Made by a program: the position numbers and the translations under genes. From NCBI GenBank assembly GCA_030390025.1, contig CM059432.1:127660001-127720000 (forward strand): a stretch of 60,000 nt of DNA, in the 5' to 3' direction. The notes below the pieces were generated by a model. It saw only the letters and a program-made list of their open reading frames with translations, made no database searches and had not been told where the DNA came from. The DNA comes from Squalus acanthias (taxonomy: Eukaryota). This document shows, piece by piece, positions 50,920 through 60,000 of the stretch (position 1 is its first letter; each line of letters starts with the position of its first letter).

Positions 50920-51095
50920 ACCTGTTGCACCTCAGGATATCCCAAAGCACTTCACAGCCAATGAATTGCTTTTGAGTGTTGATTGTTACCCATCAGCCAA
51001 CCTGAACACAGCAAAGTCCCATAAACAGCAATGAGACAAATGATTAATCTGTTTTGATCGTGTTGGTTGAGGGATAAATGTTGGCCAGGAGAATT
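50920..51095 (-). mobile_element. DeuSINE 3' fragment
   Basis: gttggttgagggataaatgttggccagga is the reverse complement of the SINE core at ~1215-1245. Confidence 0.7.
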
Positions 51096-52331
51096 CCTCC
51101 GAATGTCAGATGACACCGAAGAACTCTGAAGTTGCCGATTTGAGACTTGAGCTACAAAAGTTGAGCACTCCAGAAGACCGGGATGCCTTTTACCCATCAC
51201 TTCACTTGCCCATTGTTTTTGCAACACCTGTGAAAGCATTCTACCTAAACCAGATTTGTTTTCCCTGATGGGCAGTTAGAGGTCCACTTCTTGAAGAACC
51301 AGAGTTTGAAGTCTCCGTTTTTAAGAATCAAACTCGTCAGTGGGCTGCAGCCTTCGAACAAAGGCCGAGAAGACTGCACTGGCAACTTTTGAAATCAAAA
51401 CTTAAATGAAAAGAAAAAAACAACTAAAGTATAAACTACAAAATAGCATTTTTAAACACACAACTTAACCCTTTTCCTAAATGTATGGACAACAGAAGTG
51501 GAAAATCTCATGGTGTAACTCAAACAACAACAAAACAGGGGAGATTAACCAGAGCAAAAATAGTGGATAAGGGAAAAATTCTTGTGAATCTCCTGATTGC
51601 CGCTCTACCTCCCACACAAATAGTAAAACCCATTCATTAATGGCATGAATAAAAAAAATCGATATAGAATAAATTTGCAAACTGCTAAGAAGAAAACTTA
51701 CAAAGGGGGAGAGAGAGAAGATAAAATTTAACAATATTACAAAAGATAAAAGAGGAAGGAGAAAAAGACTGGGTGTGGAGTCTATTACACTTACAAATAG
51801 AGCCCCTTAAAAATAACAGATGCAACAGTGGAAAAGAATTATGCGCCAAAATAGTCAACGATTTCATGATTGATAAGGAGAAGCCTCTTTTGACAGACGA
51901 GAAGTTACAAGATCCTTGGAGAAAATGCTGAATAGTAATGAAGACATTAAAAACTCTTGCAATTCTATGCGATGAATAGTCATGAGACAACAAACCCAGA
52001 TGGAATGCATCCAAAATTGGTGAAGGAGCGTTCTGTCTGAATTGGCTCACAACTCACGAAATGCTACCAGAATTTTCATAAATAGTTACTGTTCCAATTC
52101 GTAAAAAGGCCAGAAGGATAAACTTGATCCTGTCCGGTATCTGTAGCAGAAAAAATGTTGGTATCCATGTTTGCTGAGGGAAAGGGAGTCGTGGCAGACT
52201 CTTTTGGGATTGATAAATTACAAAATCATGGAGTGAACAAAAAAAAACTCTAAAATAGACAAGACTGACAAAGATCCAGAATCGGCAGAAAGAGCCCTTG
52301 AGTGGACTAAAATTATTTCAAAAACGCTCAC

Positions 52332-52386
52332 CTCCCATAGTAGAAATTCCAAAAATAACTCCAATGGACAGCTCAATCTGTGTCCC
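52332..52386 (-). CDS. TMEM65: Transmembrane protein 65, exon 4
   Basis: ttttcAG / GTgagc boundaries. 55 bp encoding GTQIELSIGVIFGISTMG(A). Confidence 0.96.
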
Positions 52387-53094
52387 CTGAAAAACAAAAC
52401 TACAATTAATATTGTATCATAATATTGAAGACCTTTTAGCCATGCACAATAGGGACATCTCACGCCTGATTTATGTTTTTATTTTAAATCAACCTTTTAT
52501 GGTGGTTAAAAGAGCACTGCAGTACAATACAATATAATAGAATAGAATCGTTTATTTTAATAGTCTGACATGTTAGGGTGAAATATTCTACAGCATTTGA
52601 TTACAAACTTAGCTATTTTTTCTTTATATGATTGAAATGTTCAGACTAACTGCACTTTCCCTTTTTCTAACACAATCCAATCAGCTTCTCCAGTAATTCT
52701 AATTTAGAATGCATGATAGCTTGCTGTAATACCATGTAGAGCTTCTTCTATAACTCAGACATTTCATCAATTTACATTTTAATGATAATTAAAAAAAGAG
52801 AGAAACGGGAAATCTGGTAACTGTGCAACATTCAGGTTGTCTTAAGGATCCTGGTTTACTTCACTCTGTTAGAAATTCATTTCCATCACCTCACTTGTAT
52901 GAACAATTCCAGAAAGTTCTTTAAACTACTGGAGTGAGAAATTGCAAAGCTTCTTAATGCACATTTTATTTAAGCAAGAGGAAAGTACATTAGCACTGGC
53001 AGTTGTGCTCAGGATGTTGCTCTTCCTAATTCCTCCAGCAAACAATGTTCTCCTGTAAACACTACTGCAATAATATTTGATGTAATACCACATT

Positions 53095-53960
53095 TCAACT
53101 AAAACTTGCATTTATATAGCACCTTTAACGCAAGAAAACATCCCAAAGCGCGTCACAGAATTTGACACCGAGCCACATAAGGAGATATTAGGTCAGGTGT
53201 CCAAAAGCTTCGTCAAAGGGCTAGGTTTTAACGAGCGTCTTAAAAGAGGAGAGAGGTGTAGTGAGGCAGAGAAGTTTAGGGAGGGCATTCCAGATCTTAG
53301 GGCCTTGGCAGCTGAAAGCACGGCCGCCAATGGTGGAGCGATTAAAATCGGGGCTACGCAAGAGGCCAGAATTGTAGGAGCATAGAGAGCTCAGAGGGTT
53401 GTAGGGCTGGAGGAGGTCAGAGATAGGGAGGGGCGAGGCCATGGAGGGATTTGAAAAGAAGGATGAGAATTTTAAAGATTCGGGCAGCATAGTTTTGTAT
53501 GAGCTCAAGTTTCCGGAAGGTGCAAGGTGGGAGGCTGGCCAGGAGAGCATTAGAATAGTCGAGTCTAAAGGTAACAAAAGCATAGATTGAAGGTTTCAGC
53601 AGATGCGGAGACGGGCGATGTTACAAAAGGTGGAAGTCAGTGGTCTTGGTGATGGAGCGGATATGGGGTCGGAAACTCGTCTCAGGGTCAAATAGGACAC
53701 CAAGGTTGTGAACAGTCCAGTTCAGCCTCAGGCAGTGGCCAGGGAGAGGGATGGAGTTGCTGGCTAGGGAACAGAGTTTGTGGCGGGGACCGAAGACAAT
53801 GGCTTCGGTCTTTCCAATATTTAGTTGGGAGGAAATTTCTGCTCATTCAATACTGGATGTTGGACAAACAGCGTGACAAATCAGAGGCAGTGGAGGGGTC
53901 GAGAGAGGCGGTGGTGAGGTAGAGCTGGGTGCCGTCAGCATACATGTGAAACCTGATGTT
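53095..53960 (-). mobile_element. L2-clade LINE 3' fragment
   Basis: GGRAFSCQGPKIWNALPK and a YADG-like RT motif near 53930-53945. Colinear with 32905-33660. Confidence 0.88.
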
Positions 53961-53964
53961 GTAT

Positions 53965-54610
53965 CCATGATTTCATGATCCTTCGACCATTTTTGGAAAG
54001 CAAGGACTCCATTCCTTTCTCCCAGTTCCCGCCAAGTCCATCCCAGTTCCCATGTTTCTCCCCTTTCAGAACTGCAATAGGGTCTCCCTCAACTTCCACC
54101 CCTCCACATTCGACAAATCATCTTCTTCCAATACAATCCCACAAAATATATCTTCCCCTCCCCTTTCCTCTCAGCTTTCCAAAGGGACCAATACCTCCAC
54201 GACACCCTGGTTCACTCTTCCACCACCTTCTCTCCTTCCCTAAGCACTTTCCTATGTAGGCACAGGAGATGCAACACCTGCCTATTCAACATTTCCCACA
54301 TCACGATCTAGGGCCCCCAACCTAGTGTACAATACTCGCTGCGCATGACTCCACTACATAGAGGGGACAAACACAAATTTAGGTCATTGCTTTACCGAAC
54401 ATGTCCATTCTGTCCATAAGTACGACCCTGAGCTCCCCATCACTTGCCATTTTAGTTCTCTGCCCAACTCCCACACTGATGTCTGTCATTGGCATTCTAC
54501 ACTGTCCCAATGAAGCTAAGCGCAAGTTCAAGGAACAGCATCTCATCTTTCTATTATGTCCTTTTCAGTACTCGAGCCTTAATATTGAGTTTAACAACTT
54601 CAGACCTTAA
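53965..54610 (+). mobile_element. Penelope-like element ORF remnant (RT thumb plus GIY-YIG endonuclease)
   Basis: SKDSIPFSQF; YIEGTNTNLGHCFTEHVHSV..DPELPITCHFSS; EAKRKFKEQHLIF..LNIEFNNFR. Confidence 0.85.
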
Positions 54611-55134
54611 CTTTGGCTCATTTTCTTTCTGGCAGTTAGTACTAGCAACGTAGGATAAGTGGATGAGTGTTCCAGGGGTGGAGGGAGGAGAGTGGATTGG
54701 TACTTAGGATGCAACAACCTTCAACACACTGCCTTAACATCTATTACGGTTTTTATGACAGTCCACTGGAGTCTAATCTTTTCTTCCTCTACAAACTACA
54801 TCCCCAAAACTTATGAAAAGTAGCAGGCCAAACCATAGTAAAACTTAAACAACATTTACCAAACTTCTGTTTTAAGTTAGGCAGGTAATCTACTTCCAAG
54901 GATTGGCCAATGTAACTGGTCACTGGGAGGTGCACAGAAGCAGTCAGAAATGATCCACCATTCCAGTCTCCAAAAGGCACTGATCTCCACTCTGCTCCTT
55001 CATGTGTCACATGGCTTAAAACAAACATCCCAAAAAGCTATGTTCAGTTCAAACTCATGTCCTACTGCTCTGTGATGAAGCATTGTACAAACATGTTGCT
55101 CCTCCACAAAACCAATTAAGTAAACTGATCCCTG

Positions 55135-55267
55135 AATTACATCGCATTTACAGCACAGAAACAGGCCATTCGGCCCAACAGGTCTATGCCGGTGTTGTTA
55201 TGCTCCACACGAGCCTCTTACCACCCTACGTCATCTAACCCTATCAGCATATTCTTCTATTCCTTTC
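55135..55267 (-). mobile_element. CR1 3' tail fragment
   Basis: tacagcacagaaacaggccattcggccca, like the terminus at 7443-7470. Confidence 0.65.
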
Positions 55268-55359
55268 CAATGGTAATTAGGGTGGTGTCACCCTTCTTAA
55301 AATGGTCCCAGTATCTCACTGGTAAGTAATACAGAAAGGGACATAGGAGAAGTACTTAC

Positions 55360-55427
55360 TGCAACGATCATTATAGCATTGTCCAGGAAACCAAATCCAA
55401 CAAAAGGTATTGCACTGTGAAGAAACA
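55360..55427 (-). CDS. TMEM65: Transmembrane protein 65, exon 3
   Basis: cttgcAG / GTaagt boundaries. 68 bp encoding (V)FLHSAIPFVGFGFLDNAIMIVA, the family signature. Confidence 0.97.
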
Positions 55428-55695
55428 CTGCAAGATTTTTAAAAAAAATTGTTTGAGAAGTTTTCCCCTAAACAAAGTCACAATTATAAAATCACTATAT
55501 TATAATTAATTTGTAGCACTCATTACCACAAAAAATTCTACCAACAGAAAACAATCTTAATCTCAACAATCAAAACCAAACTACACAGATTTAACACATT
55601 TTATGTAATATATGGATTTATCCAAATATAATACTTAATTATAAATTCAGATATCCCTGTGGTATCCTAAATGACACCAGTCAGATTACTGAGTA

Positions 55696-55993
55696 CAGGA
55701 AACTCTTTATTAACCGGCACCGACGGGACCGGCGTGGTGCCGGTTGATCAAAAAGTCCGGATTACAGAGAGGTATACTTACCAAGGTACGAGAGCCCCGT
55801 ACACGGCCACAGGTGCAGGAGCCCCGGTTACATGGCCACAGATCCAGGAGTCCCTGGCGCACGGCCACAGGTGCAGGAACCCCGGTTACACGGCCACTAA
55901 TATATAGTAAAACTTACCTGAACCTACTCCTGAATTTTGCCGGTTAAGAGAGATTTCCGGATATTTAGGTGTCGGTTAAAAGAGAGTTTCCTG
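55696..55993. mobile_element. pogo/Tigger-type MITE with TA target-site duplication
   Basis: TA-caggaaactctttattaaccggcacc ... ggtgtcggttaaaagagagtttcctg-TA. Internal ~29-bp GC-rich repeat x4. Confidence 0.88.
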
Positions 55994-56715
55994 TACATAG
56001 GTTTGGCTGTCAAAAGGTTTTTTATAGAAAGCTGTATGAAAACTATAATTGCTTGTGTGTGATTAACATTTTGTTTAATAATTTTATTGCAAACTTTTTC
56101 TTTCCCCCTCTTATTTTTCTAATTTGGTGGTTCTGTGGTGGAGATTTGTGACAGGTCAGAGTCTGGGTCTATGGTTGGCTACAGCATCAAGATGCTTTAG
56201 TAGGATTTGTCTCATTGTGATCCTGTAGCCAGAGGATAATTTGTCTAAAACTTTGATACCTAACTTTTATTTAAATGTTTTTGGTGCGTTTGGCAATTAT
56301 TGTATATGTGTCTCGGAGGAAGGGAGATTTCAGATCAATTCATATTAGGATAATGCTATTAAATTAAATTCAGCACACAAGAGGTTAAATCCATACATCT
56401 TTTGGGAATGCGGATTAGAATTCAGCACAAAGAATTAGATCCAGATGAGCTGGCAGGAGAAATGGTGTCTCCTGCATTCCACATCAGTTTGAGACAATGG
56501 AGGTTTGTTAAAACCATTCCAGTAAACATTCACATACAATATGTTAGAATAGACTCTTCCAAGTGAGCTCGACACATTTAATTGCTGGAAGCCCAAATCA
56601 AGGACAACAGCTGGTTTGATTGGCATCTCAACTGGCCAATCCCCAGACAGGGAGAGGTAGGAGAGCGCAAGATGTTTGGTTTCCTGTCCAGCTAAGAAAA
56701 GAAGTCAGAAACAAT

Positions 56716-56904
56716 GGGGGCGATTTTGCCAGCCCTGGGGAGGCAGGTATGGAGGGGGGGCTGCCGGGAAAATGGCAGAATCCCATTAACAAGGTCAATC
56801 AAGGGAAAATAGCGTGGGTTGGCCGGACGTCGATGCAGGCGGGACTAAAACCTGACAAGCAGCAGTCCCACCTCCATCACGTCCCCATTGATAAAATCAC
56901 CCCC
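56716..56904. mobile_element. PIF/Harbinger-type MITE
   Basis: TIRs gggggcgatttt / aaaatcaccccc (11/12 match) with a 3-bp direct repeat AAT on both sides. Confidence 0.65.
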
Positions 56905-57507
56905 AATGTTTGCAGAGATCTGGTAAGGAAGTCAGACAGTGAGTGGGTTCCCCGCAAAAATTTAGTGCCAACCAGCATCAAATAATTTACTATAGGTGTA
57001 CTTGGCCCAATGGTGACATGCTTTATTTCCTATGTTATAAGGAGTATTCCAAATGGATTAAAATTCCCCAATAAACATTATGCTCTTCATACACACATCG
57101 AAACTAAAACAACTGAACAGTTTATAATTGGCCTCATCTCACGAGCATGTTAATATTCCGGAAGATAGGAGAAACAGACGTGGGGGCATGTGCAAGATTA
57201 CAGTGTAAAGTTCACATAATAAAGGATTTCATTGTTATGACCCACCCCCTCCACCCCAGATCATGCTGTTGTATGACTAGATATTGGGCAATGGTAAACC
57301 TGCTGATCGTAAGGGATGCAGGGTCCGTTTATCGGACAGATTGACTACATCGAACCCAAAAGAATAATCGACTGCAGACCTGAAATTTGTAACAGTTACT
57401 TTGTTGAGCACAATTCAGTCATTCAAAAAAATAAATTTGCAAGGATATAGTGACTATTTTGCTGCACCCGGCTAAAGGGCACAATGGTTATAAAAGAGGT
57501 ACGTTAC

Positions 57508-57552
57508 CATATCTTCGCTGTGCTGATGATGGAGGCTTAACTTCCATTTCTT
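57508..57552 (-). CDS. TMEM65: Transmembrane protein 65, exon 2
   Basis: ctttacAG / GTaacg boundaries. 45 bp encoding (x)EMEVKPPSSAQRRY(V), in phase with exon 3 and resembling EKLEAPPPTPGQLRYV. Confidence 0.9.
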
Positions 57553-58888
57553 CTGTAAAGAGAAAAAGGAAATGGTAGAAATAAATACGATTTCTAAATG
57601 GCACATTGTAAAAAAACACAAATGGAATAATACCACCATATAGCACACGACACTAAAGCATCACTAGAACTGATGAAGATAATGTATCAAACCTCTGCAA
57701 CTTCATGGAGGACAATGAATCATCAGTTGCAAGTCCATTTTGTATAATGCCCAAATTTCAGAGGTCATCATCCATCACGGTTTTCCCAAGTTGCAGCATT
57801 TCAAAATTTCTCCCACCTTAATGCATTGCCTTAAAAAGCTCCAGCCCCGTTCTCAAACACAGGTGTACTTACATAGCAATTACACTGAAGGAATGTGCTG
57901 TTTCCCTACTTTGAACATGTCCTATTTGTCTTCATTGCCTGTGACACCATCTAAATTACATCCATAATGAAAAGAATTAGGGGAAGGACACGGCTGAGCC
58001 GACACAGTGTTTCAACACAACATACAAATAAGATTCCACCTGAACTGGGAACAAGTCCAAAGCTCAACTGGATTCTCTTCATTACCAAAACCAATATATT
58101 AAATCTCAAGGACATTATTTGTCCTTTGCTGCTTGATTATACTTAAAGTAATATGTTTTTTCAAGCACATATTGGTACCATTAGTGACCCAACACTAGGG
58201 GAATAAAAGTTACTTTGGAGGAGAGTACCGTATTTGTATTGCCTGAGGCTGCTTGTGTATGTTACAGTGCTCACTTTTAAGGCATCACCAATAGATTATT
58301 AAAGATACTTAAGCTGCCGTATAACACCCAGGGAAAACTGGTGCACAAGTCCAGCAGGACAAGAGTAACATTTGCACAACCAATTCCCCTTTAACACATA
58401 CAAGAGCTTGCCGTGAGTAATCGAACAGTACTAGTTCTTCATCTTTCTATTAATTCAATCACTAACCTGGCCACAATTAATTTCAGGCTTTCACTTTAGA
58501 GAATCTCTCATATTTGGGACTTTTTATTAAAAAAAACACAAGTTAAACCTTATCTTCTGATTATACATTTCATCCGTGTTATTTTCAATTACAATTTACA
58601 CATTGAATGCTGGCGGCATTACAGGGGTATGCTTACTGATTCTGACTGTGCAAGGGGTTTGAATTAGCAGGGTGTTTCAGCTGTGTGTATAATTCCACTC
58701 CTTCACACACAAGCTCAGCAACTTCAAGTTGAATCAGTTTTTCCCTAAGTTAGGGACTGATTCAGTGTCTTCCTTTTACTTTCCATGTATGTGGTGAGCA
58801 CCAGCCACCCGAGCAAGTGTGGGAGAATCATCTGAGGCAATTGACAGAAGAAAAGGGGAAAAACTAGCTAACACTATTTAATAATCTG

Positions 58889-59410
58889 GATCAGTCTTGG
58901 CATAGTGGTAGCATGCTCAAAAGAGTCAGAAGGTTGTGGGTTCAAGCCCTGCAAAGACCTGAGCACATGATCTCGGCGGACACTTCAGTTCAGTGCTGAG
59001 GGAGTGCTGCACTGTCGGAGGTGCCATCTTTTAGATGAGATGTTAAACTGAGGCCCCCATCTGCCCACTCAGATGGATGCAAAAGATCCCATGGCACTAT
59101 TTGAAAAGAGCAAAGGTGTTCTCCCAGTGTTCTGACCAGCATTTATCCCTCAAGCAACATCACAAACAGATAAAGCGCTAAATACTGCAGATGCCGGATT
59201 ATCCACTCTAGATGATCTGCACTGGATTATCTACACTAAAATAGATTATCTACTCATTTATCTTACTGCTGTTTATGGGAATGTGCTGTGTGCAAATTCA
59301 TGCTGTGTTTTCCTACATTAAAACCGTGACCACACTGTAATTACAAAGTCATTCATTGACTGAAGCGCTTTGGGATGTCCCGAGGTTATCTGAGGCGCTA
59401 TATCAACGTA
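58889..59410 (+). mobile_element. DeuSINE (SacSINE1-like), near full length with a small internal insertion
   Basis: Colinear with 965-1412: gagtcagaaggttgtgggttcaagccc...aaagatcccatggcactattt...aggcgctatat. Confidence 0.85.
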
Positions 59411-59747
59411 AAAAAGTCTACTATTTTTCCTGACTGAGTCAGAAAGTCTGATCTTGCTTCATGAAGTACGATATGCAAGGATGTGTAAATTTCACTCAGC
59501 CTTGTGTCTGGTCAGAGGGATCCCTGCAGACAGTTTCGGGTGAGACAGAGGGAAGGAGAGTTTTTTGCCAATTTTGTTTAATTCATCATCCTCTGTTCTC
59601 CCTTCGCCGCCCCCCACCCCACCAATTGAAGGAGCAGTTCTTTTGGTGCCTCCTACATGCATGGAACAGTTGCATGCCTGGTATTATGTTGAATCAACTT
59701 AAACTTATTTTTGCCTTACTTTGACTCCGCAATGACAAATGTGCATA

Positions 59748-60000
59748 AGTAAATACTTGCCATAGAGGGAGTGCAACGAAAGTTCTTTGGAATTCTCTAC
59801 CTCAGAGGGCTGTGGAGGCTCAGTCGTCGAGTATATTTAAGACAGAGATCGATAGATTTTTGGATATTAAGGGAATCAAGGGAGATGGCGATAGTGCAGG
59901 AAAGTGGAGATGAGGTAGAAGATCAGCCGTGATCTTATTGAATGGCAGAGCAGGCTCAAAGGGCCGAATGACCGACTCCTGCTCCTGCTCCTATTTCTTA
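59748..60000 (+). mobile_element. CR1 3' end with internal deletion
   Basis: atacttgccatagagggagtgcaacgaa joined to tttggaattctctacctcagagggctgtggaggctcag and the CR1 3' UTR. Confidence 0.85.

Noticed and set aside
51950..52150. Ancient LINE remnant (PDGMHPKLVKE-like)
   Set aside because: Only one short motif is recognisable, too decayed to annotate confidently.

Overview
Eukaryotic, repeat-rich vertebrate genomic DNA. The repeat complement (DeuSINE/SacSINE1-like SINEs, many CR1, L2 and RTE LINE fragments, Penelope-like elements) suggests a cartilaginous fish, most likely a shark; this is an inference. Two genes lie tail-to-tail and neither is captured by the ORF track. On the minus strand are exons 2-7 of TMEM65 (57552 down to the stop at 28656), all with canonical splice sites and vertebrate-type exon sizes of 45/68/55/43/106/102 bp; exon 1 lies beyond the right edge. 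On the plus strand are the last two exons of a type-II ferlin (FER1L6-like; 682-782 and 5612-5793). These carry a +1 frameshift ahead of the transmembrane anchor and substitutions at conserved residues, so the gene looks like a decaying pseudogene in the FER1L6-TMEM65 syntenic position. Other notable items: seven minimal hammerhead-ribozyme motifs in two Penelope-derived families (one family with compensatory helix I changes), a palindromic ribozyme-bearing insertion with a 13-bp target-site duplication (TSD), a 16 x 37-bp minisatellite with a lone inverted unit 1.3 kb away, two short local duplications, pogo- and Harbinger-type MITEs, and a 500-N assembly gap. Repeat boundaries are approximate and family names come from recognition, not database search.
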